Assembly: GCA_010405405.1 (NCBI GenBank) | Contig: MU004244.1 | Span: forward strand, 809,895-873,894 | Length of the DNA: 64,000 bases | Source: Microthyrium microscopicum | Taxonomy: Eukaryota | Reading direction: 5' to 3' | Part shown: one piece after another, positions 12,455 to 23,303 of the stretch | Layout: the number at the start of each line of letters is the position of its first letter | Numbering within the stretch: position 1 is the stretch's first letter | Translations under genes and position numbers: made by a program | The notes under the pieces: model-generated | Database searches by the model: none | Seen by the model: only the letters and a program-made list of their open reading frames with translations | What the model was told of the DNA's origin: nothing

Positions 12455-14196
12455 GGCTGATGATTGTGGAACGGTTCAGTAGAGAGTCGACTCTTGTGAG
12501 ATGCGTGGACTGCCTTGGTAGATCGTTGTAGTACCACGCTCGTGCTTGTGGTTTGTGTAGCCGTTTGTGTCTCTGATGGTTCGTGTGAGGAGGGTAAGAT
12601 TGCAGCAGATTGATGGGATTTCTTAGCTCTTCTGGAGGGCCGCGAGGTTGTGCTTTTGCAATGGAACAAAGCGTGTCACGAACATAAAATCATTTTATAC
12701 AAGACAACAACGGATAGAGCTCCGGATATGCCTTTTGCCGCTACTGAGGGTTGAGTGGAGACAAATGCGAGTTCGGATGTTGAGGTCGGTACTTCGGCCA
12801 GCATCGGCCTTGGCAGGAACCCCTTTTCTCTCCTAGATTCAATGTTTACAACTTCACTCCTTGATTTGATAGAGGCTGTGGGGACAATTGCCATCGGTCT
12901 GTCACAAACGATGATTTCTTTACGGAATTGTGGGCAGTCAGCCTTGAAGACTGGCTCATGATTCTTCCTACAAAAGTTCAGATAGCAAACTTCGCATGGT
13001 AGAAATGCCACAAAGAATCGTACACCAGGAGCAGTAACGATACGGGAGCAATAACACAATCATTTTGAGGCTTTTCCATACTCTGACCAACTCAACTTTT
13101 CTCCGTATCAAGAAGAAACCATGGAGAAAAGTGAGTTCAAAAAAAGGCAAAAAGTTCACCACCCAACTCCAAGGAGTTGGATGGTTATGAAAACCAGGCG
13201 AACTGATTTTACTTGAGGATTTGTCGTTTAGCTTGTCGTGGAATTGAACCGGTGGCATTGGAATTGTCGTTTAGCTTTATCTTGTCGAGGTGCGCCGTCT
13301 GCATCGGGTTAGCATTATCAATACCAGCGGATAATGCGTCGCCTTCATCTGCTGCACCATTTTCCCTCGAGGGATCTATATCTTATGGGATTAGTACACC
13401 ACAAATTGCTAACAATTGATATATATATGCAATGCTCATTACTTTAAAAATTGGTAATCATTTTTCATCGCCTTGCCCTCGATGATTATGTTAACTGCAC
13501 CCACATCAGTCATTCTATTCCTACTTTCGATCATTGCCATCATGAAAAGATATTGAAATTGCTTGGAATCAAAACTCATTGAGGCTACAGTACCTACAAC
13601 CATACTGTATCCACTCACTCAGACAAACGCAGTCGAAGAATCAAAATCATGTCCAGTATTTCTTGCACTAATTAGCGCCAACAATTCAGGATCGAGACGA
13701 CTGGAGCTGTTCCTGTGAAGAATGAAAACATAATCCAATTCAAAATCACCAATATGGTTTTATATATAGGTATATCGCAATCAGCTCACGGCTTACTTGT
13801 CTGTCGTAGTGTCAGGAAGTCGTTGCTGAATGCTATCGCGAAAAGGCAAAGCTTTCGTTTCAAAATAGTCAAGGAAAAGATAAGTTCAAAAAAGACCCGT
13901 CCAGTCTTCAGAGCCCGGACTTCGTGTTACACCCTATATCCATAGTCTGGGAGTGACCAGAGCTTCGAAATGGCCTCTTTGGGCATCATCAGGCTGTGAT
14001 ACTCACCGCTACTTTGAACAGTCAAGGGAAATGAAGCCCGTTCCTGCTGTACCAAGCATACCATGTATACCGTGCCTTACAAACACAGAGACCGATATAG
14101 GAGACGACACCATAACATTAAGCAACGGAGGGCAAGGAATATATACCCCGATCTGACTATTGATTCCGTCCATCTACCTATTACCATTACACAATC

Positions 14197-14868
14197 ATGA
14201 CTTCCCGACGTCAAAGAGCCCACAATACATTCCCACTAAGTGAAGCTGAGGCACGAGAGCTGGAGACACTACCAATTTGGGTCAAGCAGCGCCTCCTTCC
14301 CCACAATCCAAATGCAGGTACCATATACCAGCCTGCACAACCGACCATGTCGTCAATGGAGACACATGGGTCCCTGAGATACAACCTTTTCCCAGATTGT
14401 GAAAAGGATGCCTCACCGAAGCAGCGTTCTCCCAACAGGAAGCGGTCATGTTCGTACACCAATCTGATGAGTCAATCCATTCCAGAAGAGAGGCCAGAAG
14501 CTCCAGAGGCTTTCCCAGTCTTGGAGGAGGCAACTCCTCGTTACCCCTCTCAAAACATTTACGATGACATGGAGATCCTGTTCTCAGACGGTTCTGGTGC
14601 TCGGCTCACGCTACCAAAGTATCAGTCAACACCCAATTTGAGACGAGCCACTGGTATGGCTAGACTGGTTGATGACTTGGGAAGTAGCAATGAGGCGACC
14701 TCTCCAACTTCTACTTGGGAGACGGACATCAGTCCTCACAAAAGCTTCTTTGACCATGGAAACAGTGACGGAGAGGAGGAGGAGCAGGAGCAAAAGAAGG
14801 AGGTTGGATTTCGGCAAGGGACAAAGAAGATGTTGCGAAAATTCTTCTTTGGAAAATCTATGAATTGA
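14197..14868 (+). CDS. Hypothetical protein, 223 aa, Ser/Pro/Glu-rich
   Basis: Uninterrupted ORF with a good start context (ACAATCATG). No family recognised. Confidence 0.65.
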   Translation: MTSRRQRAHNTFPLSEAEARELETLPIWVKQRLLPHNPNAGTIYQPAQPTMSSMETHGSLRYNLFPDCEKDASPKQRSPNRKRSCSYTNLMSQSIPEERPEAPEAFPVLEEATPRYPSQNIYDDMEILFSDGSGARLTLPKYQSTPNLRRATGMARLVDDLGSSNEATSPTSTWETDISPHKSFFDHGNSDGEEEEQEQKKEVGFRQGTKKMLRKFFFGKSMN

Positions 14869-14889
14869 ACGAATGATACCCTACCAGTA

Positions 14890-17800
14890 CTAGTGTTCGG
14901 GTTTCTTGTCTACAGTCGGCTTGGGGGCTGGAGTAGCCGGTATTTCAACCCCTTGGATGTTCCACTCCAATCCAATGTAACCATCACTGACTATTGAGAT
15001 ATCCAACTTCCGATCCTGCATGCTCTCCGGTAGCTTGATACTTGACTTGACACTTTGACGTCCTTTTGCTTGTAGATTCCAGCCAATGCGCTTCAACGCA
15101 ACCAGCTCTTTCTTGTAATGCTCCGCGACAACTACGAAAAATCCTTCTGTCTGTGGCTTCGCAAAGCGTGGCGCGTACATACGATTATCTCTCGTCTTGA
15201 GAATGTGTCTCCGATTGATGTTGACGCTGAATCCAACGCTACTACTTTCGGCAATCGTGACATCAAGATTTGGTAACAAGTTGATAGTTTCCACGAAACG
15301 ATCCAGAGCCGCGTTGCGTACACCCACTGTGCCGGCAGCCTCACGGAGTTTCTGTCGCGGACAAGTAATGGCCCATTTGAGATCTTTGCCACCAATCTTA
15401 CCAGTCGCTACCCGCAAGTTCTCGCGCTCCACGTCGACGCCAGGGAAAATTGCAAGAGGGCCGTCGTATGGCCAGCGAGCACTCTTGATGCATTGCATAA
15501 GACTTGCCATCATTTTGACCGCTTGTGAATAGCCCATTTCTGCGAGGATGTCGATGGCTGCCTGGCAAACTCGGATACTTTGATCAAGAACACTGATCTG
15601 ATCACCAACGTAATCAGAGATGGGGAGGTCGATACGATCGAAATGAGCTTGCAAGAGTAAGTGAGCCTTGACATGAGGATCCCACATAGGTAAACCAAGA
15701 CTGGAAGGGTCGTGCGGTAAGTTCTTAGCCAGCTCGGCGTTGATGAGATCTTCATTGTGTCGGACTGGTAGCTCATCGAATTCAGTGGCAATGCTGAGCC
15801 AAGAAAGCACGTCGGCAAAGGTTGGCCACTCAGTCGCTTTTGCAAGGAGACTGCGAATTGTCTTGTGCGACAGATAGTAGTAGCTCATGATCTTGCCGTA
15901 AGGAGTAGACTCAATTTCGCCCGTGGAATGGATGTATGCACAGCCAGAATCTGCCAAGTCGTTCAGCGAAGTGTCGACGAGGTTGATTATATAGTCGTTG
16001 GCTAGTTGCTGGGCAGCTATTGTATTGTGCTCTTCCGCAGATATTTCGAGACCGTAGTAAGTTGGATTCTTATGCAGGCGTCGGAAGAAAAATGTCCAGG
16101 TCAGATAGTCTAGGGCATCTTGTTTGTGCTTGATGGTTTCCGAAGATATCTCCGCCCCAAGATGGTTAGACAAAACCAAGTGGAGTGAAGATTCTACAGG
16201 AAAGCCGGTGTGCAAGAAGTGCTTGTAGAATGCTTTCTTGGAATCTTGGGTGAAAATTCGAGCAATACCTGAAGTATCGAACTGAGGTCGACCAGCTCGA
16301 CCAAGCATTTGAAGAACATCTGTGAGATCCATGTCTTTATATCCTTCAGTCTTTGCATCAAAGAACTGGGTGCCTTTGACAACTACCAAGTGAGCTGGCA
16401 AATTGACACCCCAAGCAAGTGTGCTTGTAGCAACCAAGATCTGAATCTTGTTATTCGCAAACAGTTCCTCTGATAAAGCACGATCGGACTCGACAAGGCC
16501 AGCATGATGCAAACCGATGCCAAAACTCAATGCCTCTCTAAGAGCTTCATCTTTGACGCGCGAAAGGTGTACACCCAGATCTTCTTCTGACATGCCAACG
16601 AAGCGTCGAGGGTTATCTTCCATACCACAGAAATTGATCAAATCTTTGGCTGTAAGGCGTGTTTGGCGACGTGATGCAACGAACACAATGACCGGCTTTT
16701 CTGGTGAGTGATTTTTGATAGCCAAAAATGTGGGACGATTCATCGATTGCATGAGCGGACAGAAGCCACGTTGCTCAGGGAATCCATCAATGTATATCTC
16801 CAATGGCACAGGTCTGACTGAATGACGGAAGTTGAAAAGACCTTCCTTGACCCCAAGCCAGTTTCCGAGGTCAGTGGCATTGGCACATGCTGTTGACATG
16901 CCCAACAGTCTAACTGATCCCTCTTTTAGAGATGCGATATAATTCATTCTGGAAACAATGATCTCCAGAACAGGACCTCTGTCTCCACCAAGAAGATGAA
17001 TTTCATCGATGATGACCAGGCTAACTTGTTGGACATAGCCTCGAGTCTGCCAGCTTCGACTTATACCATCCCACTTCTCTGGAGTAGTAATGATGATGTC
17101 TGCGTCACGAATGGTCCGCGTGTCGGGTGTATTGTCACCGGTTAATTCTACGAGCTTCAATCCTAAGGGTTTTGCGAGTCGCTTACTCCAGTCCAGAACT
17201 CGTTCTCGAACCAGGGCCTTCATTGGCGCAATGTACACAACTTTCGAGCCAGGGCGTTCTCTGAAAGCCCACCACATCGCCAGTTCAGCTGCTACAGTCT
17301 TTCCACTTCCTGTTGGAGACCCGAGGAGAACATTTGCTTTGGTGTGATATAAACAGTGGAATAATTGTGTCTGCATGGGGTTGAAGTATTGAAAACGCTG
17401 AGCATATATCTCCTCCAGTCCGGGATTCTTGAGCGCTGAGATAGCTAAAGGTTGCAGATTGAGAAGGTCAGTGTACACACTCTCAGTATCTGGCCGAATC
17501 AGATGTTGGAATGACACTGGTGTGACAGACTCAGCTCCAAGCCAGCGATCGGAGACTGCTCGAACATATATCTGAGAGGGAAGCGGATCAGCCAGCGGGA
17601 TGGTGAAATGAAGCTCATGCTCATCATGTAACTTTCTCTTTGTCAACAGGAAGGATTCGTAGTGATAAATTTCCGACGTTTCAGAGTTCTCAACCCAAAT
17701 CCAGTACGACTCCGCGTGGCCATGGTGTCGGTCATTCCAGGTGAAGTCAGGGGTGATGAACAGCTTAATGCGCAATACGTCTCGATTGAGAGGTGCAATT

Positions 17801-20800
17801 TCTGCCTCCACTGTGAGTGTTGGAAAGTTTCTTAGAAGACTCTTAATTGTTTTGCCCATCTTCTGGTTGTTAACCATATTGCCAATTTCGCTTGATTCCA
17901 TGTCGTGAAGAGCTTCGATAGAAAGCACGCCACTTTTCTCGTCCAGATGACGTAGAATGCTGAGCGGCAAATCGAATTGATGAAGTGGATGCTGGAAAGG
18001 CCAGATCTGTTTCTCAATAGACTTGCAGAGAGACAGAAGCACCAAGCATTGGTATCCCCATCGCCGATTCAAAGCCACCATGAAAAGGGCACGGCAAATT
18101 CGAGCTGAATTTTGAGCGACATACGCAGAATCGGAGACTAGAGTGTAGTCTTCCAATCTTGCACGCGAGATGTAAGATTGAAGTAGGATATTGGTTTTTG
18201 CTTGAGGCGTACCAACTCCACCTTCAATATCGCAAGCAAGAGCCTCTTCCTTGAGCCTGATGAGCTCTTTTTCTTCGTTATCTCTAGATGTGATTTGGTT
18301 AAACTCTCCGCTCATGCTGATCATTCGAAGATCGTCAGCCTCTGTAGCCTGAGGCTTCATCTCCTTGTTGAAGATTTCCACGCTTGATTGTAGGACATAG
18401 AACTGACTGGCGATTCTGCCAACGTCCTTGGGCCGAAGCTCCTCAGTTCGCTCGTTGAAGATAATCATTTGGCTCTGCTGAAGAACTCGGGCTGCCTCGA
18501 TAATGAGCTTACGTCGTCGTTGGACCAAGTGGGGGTCGTCTCTCATTTCTGTCCATTCAATACCATACGAATGTGGGTTTCGCTGCATACGCACAAACAT
18601 GTAGGAGTAACCTAGCCATTGAACGCCTTCCGGAACAGAGGTAACTGTGCCTAAAGAGACCTCGGCGTTCAAGTTATCCACCATCTTTTTAGAAAAGTTC
18701 GACTCAATGGGTTGTTGTTGAGTCACTGCAGTCAGGTAATGCTGAAGTTTCTCCTGGGCTGTGATAATATAACCAATTCCAGTGTCCTGAAATTGTGGGC
18801 GACCAGCACGACCAAAGATCTGGAGAACATCCAAGATCCCCAGATCTACAAATTTACCAGCTTCTGCGCTGTATAACTGGGTGCCTTTTATGATTACTGC
18901 CGCCGCCGGAAGATTGACACCCCATGCCAAAGTTGCCGTACAGCAAAGAACTTTGAGAACGCCTTCACCAAACAAGCGCTCAATTAGATTTCGATCTGTT
19001 CGGGGCATGCCCGCGTGATGAGTGCCCATCCCTTTTGGTATTAGCTCGCGCAGCTCTCGGCCTTTGGATGTTTTGACATCTCGAATGGCCATTTCATATC
19101 CAGGATGACCGGATGGGTCGAAAAGATCCATGTCTCCCTCTTCTTGAGCTTTTTCAAAAAGTTCTCGCGCGGTTTTCAAGGTGTCCTTTCGTGAGTGGAC
19201 AAATACCATGACTTGGTGACCTAACTTGAGCATGTCTGACACTTTCTCGTATGCAACTCGTGCTATGTTGTCCTTGGACTGCTTCGAGCCGGCTCGACCT
19301 TTGACGCCAGCGAAATGCTGTTCTAGAGGAACCGGGCGAAATGATGCATCAAAATAGAAGAGACCAGCCATTCGATTGACTTTCAAGAAATCCGCCACAT
19401 CGATGTAATTGGGGAGTGTAGCAGAGAGTCCAACAATACGAATCAGAGATTGCGTACTCTCGCTCTGTCGCTGCGTTCGCGCGACAAGAGATTCTAACAC
19501 AGCACCTCTTTCATCATGAAGCATATGCACTTCATCAATGATCAGAAGTCGCACTTTCTGTACTAAATCAGTGTCGCCAGTGCTTTTTCTCGTCACAACA
19601 TCCCATTTCTCAGGCGTCGTAACAATGATCTGTGTCTGTATAATCTCAGATTTGCTCAATTGCATGTCTCCAGTCAACTCTCGAACTCGAATTCCAAGCC
19701 ATGAGAGGCGTTTGCCCAGCTTGTCATTTATTTCCGCAGCCAGAGCCTTCATAGGAGCAACGTAGATGATTTTGAAGTCATCATAATGCACCGCAAAATC
19801 CTTGGCCTCGGGATTTTCAATAGGATTAGGTTCAATATTTTTAGCAATCGCACTGAGAATCGTTAACATGGCAGCATCCGTTTTACCAGCACCGGTTGGA
19901 GCACAGATGAGCATATTTTCGCTAGTCCTATAAGCGACAGGATGAACAAGACTCTGCATACGATTGAGAGATTTATAGCCTTGGAAAGTACGCTGACAAA
20001 GCCCGTCCATCTCGCTGATCTTGATCAGACTCTGACCTATAGCGAGCGTCCCGGTTTTTGTCGCTGGAATGTCGTATTCCTCATAATGCGCATGTTCGTG
20101 CCGTGTACTCCCAACCGGAAGGGAGTATTGTTTACCCATTGCAGAAAGAGTATTTCCGGATTCATGCGCCTTGTACACATGAGGGTAGTGTGGACCGCTT
20201 CGATTTTGGGCGGCCGCCAAAGCAGAAGTTTTGTGCTTGAAATCAGCTTGTCTGAGCGCTTCTTCTCTTTGCTGCCTCGTTTGTAAACGGCCGAGGACTT
20301 CCGAGTGACCTTCTGAGCTCGGTGCTCCATCGGTCACAGTGTCTTTCAATATTGTTCTCCGATGACGAATGATATCCGTCACCAAGTCCAGAGCTTCATA
20401 TCCTAAGATATCTGGCAGCAACATCTGTAGCTCTTCGTCATTACTATCAGACCCTATAATGGCCAGAACATGCTCGCAAAGAGAATCTCCATCAAGTCCA
20501 GACGTTCTGGAGGCAAGATCTAGACATTCAGATCGAAGCCAATTGCGGTCATAGCCGTGTTGAGTTGGTGCTGATACTGGCGCGATGACTGGACTGTCGT
20601 GATAACTTTGATCGGTCTCATCACTAATAAGATCCCAGATATCTTCCGTTCCTGACCCATAGAGGAAATCATCATCGTCAATTCCTAAATCGGAGCCGTA
20701 CTGAGGCGCCAAAAGTTCTTCTTGCGACAAGTTCAATTTTGATATTGCCTCTCGCATCTGCTCAAACTTTGAGAGCCATTCTGACTCTAACGACTCGAGC

Positions 20801-20811
20801 GCTGCGGACAT
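14890..20811 (-). CDS. SLH1: Ski2-like tandem helicase Slh1/Rqt2 (ASCC3 orthologue)
   Basis: 1973-aa single-exon ORF with two helicase cassettes (APTGAGKT/DEVH and SPTGSGKT/DEIH), each followed by a Sec63 region. Confidence 0.95.
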   Translation of the reverse strand: MSAALESLESEWLSKFEQMREAISKLNLSQEELLAPQYGSDLGIDDDDFLYGSGTEDIWDLISDETDQSYHDSPVIAPVSAPTQHGYDRNWLRSECLDLASRTSGLDGDSLCEHVLAIIGSDSNDEELQMLLPDILGYEALDLVTDIIRHRRTILKDTVTDGAPSSEGHSEVLGRLQTRQQREEALRQADFKHKTSALAAAQNRSGPHYPHVYKAHESGNTLSAMGKQYSLPVGSTRHEHAHYEEYDIPATKTGTLAIGQSLIKISEMDGLCQRTFQGYKSLNRMQSLVHPVAYRTSENMLICAPTGAGKTDAAMLTILSAIAKNIEPNPIENPEAKDFAVHYDDFKIIYVAPMKALAAEINDKLGKRLSWLGIRVRELTGDMQLSKSEIIQTQIIVTTPEKWDVVTRKSTGDTDLVQKVRLLIIDEVHMLHDERGAVLESLVARTQRQSESTQSLIRIVGLSATLPNYIDVADFLKVNRMAGLFYFDASFRPVPLEQHFAGVKGRAGSKQSKDNIARVAYEKVSDMLKLGHQVMVFVHSRKDTLKTARELFEKAQEEGDMDLFDPSGHPGYEMAIRDVKTSKGRELRELIPKGMGTHHAGMPRTDRNLIERLFGEGVLKVLCCTATLAWGVNLPAAAVIIKGTQLYSAEAGKFVDLGILDVLQIFGRAGRPQFQDTGIGYIITAQEKLQHYLTAVTQQQPIESNFSKKMVDNLNAEVSLGTVTSVPEGVQWLGYSYMFVRMQRNPHSYGIEWTEMRDDPHLVQRRRKLIIEAARVLQQSQMIIFNERTEELRPKDVGRIASQFYVLQSSVEIFNKEMKPQATEADDLRMISMSGEFNQITSRDNEEKELIRLKEEALACDIEGGVGTPQAKTNILLQSYISRARLEDYTLVSDSAYVAQNSARICRALFMVALNRRWGYQCLVLLSLCKSIEKQIWPFQHPLHQFDLPLSILRHLDEKSGVLSIEALHDMESSEIGNMVNNQKMGKTIKSLLRNFPTLTVEAEIAPLNRDVLRIKLFITPDFTWNDRHHGHAESYWIWVENSETSEIYHYESFLLTKRKLHDEHELHFTIPLADPLPSQIYVRAVSDRWLGAESVTPVSFQHLIRPDTESVYTDLLNLQPLAISALKNPGLEEIYAQRFQYFNPMQTQLFHCLYHTKANVLLGSPTGSGKTVAAELAMWWAFRERPGSKVVYIAPMKALVRERVLDWSKRLAKPLGLKLVELTGDNTPDTRTIRDADIIITTPEKWDGISRSWQTRGYVQQVSLVIIDEIHLLGGDRGPVLEIIVSRMNYIASLKEGSVRLLGMSTACANATDLGNWLGVKEGLFNFRHSVRPVPLEIYIDGFPEQRGFCPLMQSMNRPTFLAIKNHSPEKPVIVFVASRRQTRLTAKDLINFCGMEDNPRRFVGMSEEDLGVHLSRVKDEALREALSFGIGLHHAGLVESDRALSEELFANNKIQILVATSTLAWGVNLPAHLVVVKGTQFFDAKTEGYKDMDLTDVLQMLGRAGRPQFDTSGIARIFTQDSKKAFYKHFLHTGFPVESSLHLVLSNHLGAEISSETIKHKQDALDYLTWTFFFRRLHKNPTYYGLEISAEEHNTIAAQQLANDYIINLVDTSLNDLADSGCAYIHSTGEIESTPYGKIMSYYYLSHKTIRSLLAKATEWPTFADVLSWLSIATEFDELPVRHNEDLINAELAKNLPHDPSSLGLPMWDPHVKAHLLLQAHFDRIDLPISDYVGDQISVLDQSIRVCQAAIDILAEMGYSQAVKMMASLMQCIKSARWPYDGPLAIFPGVDVERENLRVATGKIGGKDLKWAITCPRQKLREAAGTVGVRNAALDRFVETINLLPNLDVTIAESSSVGFSVNINRRHILKTRDNRMYAPRFAKPQTEGFFVVVAEHYKKELVALKRIGWNLQAKGRQSVKSSIKLPESMQDRKLDISIVSDGYIGLEWNIQGVEIPATPAPKPTVDKKPEH

Positions 20812-20974
20812 TGTTGCGGCAATTGAAGCAGGAATTCAGAGTGTGCGTAAGATTGGAACTGACATAACCCTGTGCTTGCAAAACAAATTTTGTTTAGAGC
20901 AAGACACCAAATATAGTGACGCGACAAAAGTCAAGTCAAGTACTAAAGTGATTCATGATGATCTGATACCCGAT

Positions 20975-21110
20975 CTAATCTTATCTTTGGTGGGGGATCC
21001 TAGAATTTTTTCGAAATTTCAAACCTCCAAAAGTTTGGGTGCGGACAATCGCCTCGCCTTCAGTTCACATCTTTCGAGCCACACAGAACCGCTAGATTCT
21101 GCTCATCGCC
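20975..21110. promoter_or_regulatory. Ribosome-biogenesis-type promoter motifs in the SLH1/NOG1 bidirectional gap
   Basis: RRPE-like AATTTTTTCGAAATTTC (~21004-21020), CTTATC (~20980) and PAC-like GCTCATCGC (21101-21109). Confidence 0.4.
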
Positions 21111-21113
21111 AAC

Positions 21114-23166
21114 ATGAAGACTACTTGGAAAGATATTGCTCCTATCCCAACCTCCACGGAATTCCTTGACATTGTCCTTAGTCGTACGCAACGGCGGCTA
21201 CCAACCCAAATTCGAGCAGGTTTTAAAATTTCCAGAATTCGCTCTGTACGGTCATCTTCTCAGCATTGCCTTTCCAATTCTAATATGTGTTAGTTCTATA
21301 CGAGAAAAGTCAAATACACCTCCGAGACATTCGCCGAGAAGCTCCAGGCTATTCTCGATGGCTTCCCACGCCTCCAAGACATCCATCCATTTCACCGCGA
21401 TCTCATGAACACTTTGTACGATGCGGATCATTTCAAGATTGCGCTTGGGCAGATTTCTACTGCTAAGCGACTAATTGAGACCGTCTCCCGCGATTACGTG
21501 CGCCTCCTCAAATACGGACAATCTCTGTTTCAGTGCAAACAGCTAAAGCGAGCCGCGCTTGGTCGCATGGCCACTATCACGAAACGTCTGAGAGACCCAT
21601 TGACATATCTCGAAAGCGTGCGTCAGCATTGCAGTCGTCTTCCGTCGATCGACCCAAACACGAGAACTCTTCTCATTTGTGGTTACCCAAACACTGGAAA
21701 ATCTTCCTTCCTCAAAAACATTTCCAGAGCAGATGTCGACATTCAGCCATATGCATTCACAACAAAAAGTTTGTTCGTAGGTCACTTTGATTACAAAATG
21801 CTACGATTTCAAGCCATTGATACCCCTGGTATCCTTGATCATCCATTGGAAGAAATGAACACGATTGAGATGCAATCTGTCACTGCAATTGCTCACTTGA
21901 GATCCGCAATCCTTTACTTTATGGATCTTTCAGAGCACTGTGGCTATTCAGTCGATGCTCAAATAAAGTTATATCACAACATTAAGCCACTGTTCGCAAA
22001 CAAGCTGACGTTCATCGTGATCAACAAGATCGATCTCCTTCGACCAGACCAACTTGATCAAGTCACCAGCAACAAACTTCAAGCCATTCTGAAAGCTGGG
22101 GAGGTTGAGCTTCTCGAAGTCAGCTGCGCGACCACTGAAGGTGTTATGCAAGCGCGCAATGCGGCTTGCGATCGGCTGATTGCAGTAAGAAATGCAGAAA
22201 AGCTCAAGGCAGGAACGAACAGTGCAGGAGAGCCGACTGGACGACTAGGCGACTTGCTCAAGAGAATTCATGTTGCACAGCCTCTAGGTGGTGTCGTCCG
22301 GGAGATCTTCATTCCAGAAGGTGTCAAGGATAAAATGAAGTTCGACATCGACGATCCCAATAGACCGAAAACTGAACGCGACCTTGAGATCGAGAATGGC
22401 GGCCCCGGCGTGTATAACATCGACCTCAAGAAGCAGTATCTCCTTGACGATGACGCCTGGAAAAACGACAAGGTTCCCGAGATCTTCAATGGTCAGAATG
22501 TCTACGACTGGGTTGATCCAGATATTGCAAAGAAGCTTGCGGAGCTCGAAGAGGAGGAAGAGAAGTTGGATGCAGAGGGATACTACGATGAGGATAAGGA
22601 TATGGAGGACGATGAAGCTGCCACCATTCGATATCGTGCCGAACTGATTCGAGAGAAACGCCAGCTCATCCGCAATGAAGCAAAACTCCGGAAGTCTCTC
22701 AAAAATCGAGCAATGATGCCCCGCGCAAGTAAAGCCAAACAGAAGACCGTATCCGAGATGACTTCTCATCTTGGTGAACTCGGTTTGAGAAGTGACAAGG
22801 CTACTTCTCGGGCTCGCTCGCAATCAAGAGGCCGACCATTAACCCGCATTCCAGCGGATAGCACTGACGCGATGGATGTGGAACTCACTCTTTCTCAACG
22901 TGCGAGAAGCAAGACTCGCGAACCAAGCACAAACCGAAGAGATGATGGTGTAACAAGCGTAACTGCACGCGATAAGGCTGACAGAATTGCCAAGCTCAAT
23001 CAACGAAAAATGAATAGAATGGCCAGACAAGGTGAGGGTGACAGACATACAACTGCCGCATTAGCCAAACATTTGGTAAGTTTATCCTTGTCCTTTCACG
23101 GGATTTACTCTAACTTCTTCTCAGAACTCTGGAAAGCGTGGCGGCGGAAAAACGCAATGGCGGTAG
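21114..23166 (+). CDS. NOG1: Nucleolar GTP-binding protein 1
   Basis: N-terminus [35 protein letters not shown] motifs [12 protein letters not shown] and NKID. Introns 21246-21293 and 23076-23124; ends [13 protein letters not shown]. Confidence 0.96.
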
Positions 23167-23303
23167 ACACAATGTTACGATGGGTATACTGCTGCATGGT
23201 CTGGCGTCGTTGGGGCGTTTATTATGTTTACAGTTACTAGCCTTTAGGGCTTGGCTCGGACAACCCGTCAGAGCTTTTGATGAGTCTATGTATCTTGTAC
23301 AGT

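Noticed and set aside
12650..13480. Possible spliced minus-strand gene and a 14-bp direct repeat (TTGTCGTTTAGCTT)
   Set aside because: Splice-like signals are present, but I could not build a consistent frame or recognise a product.
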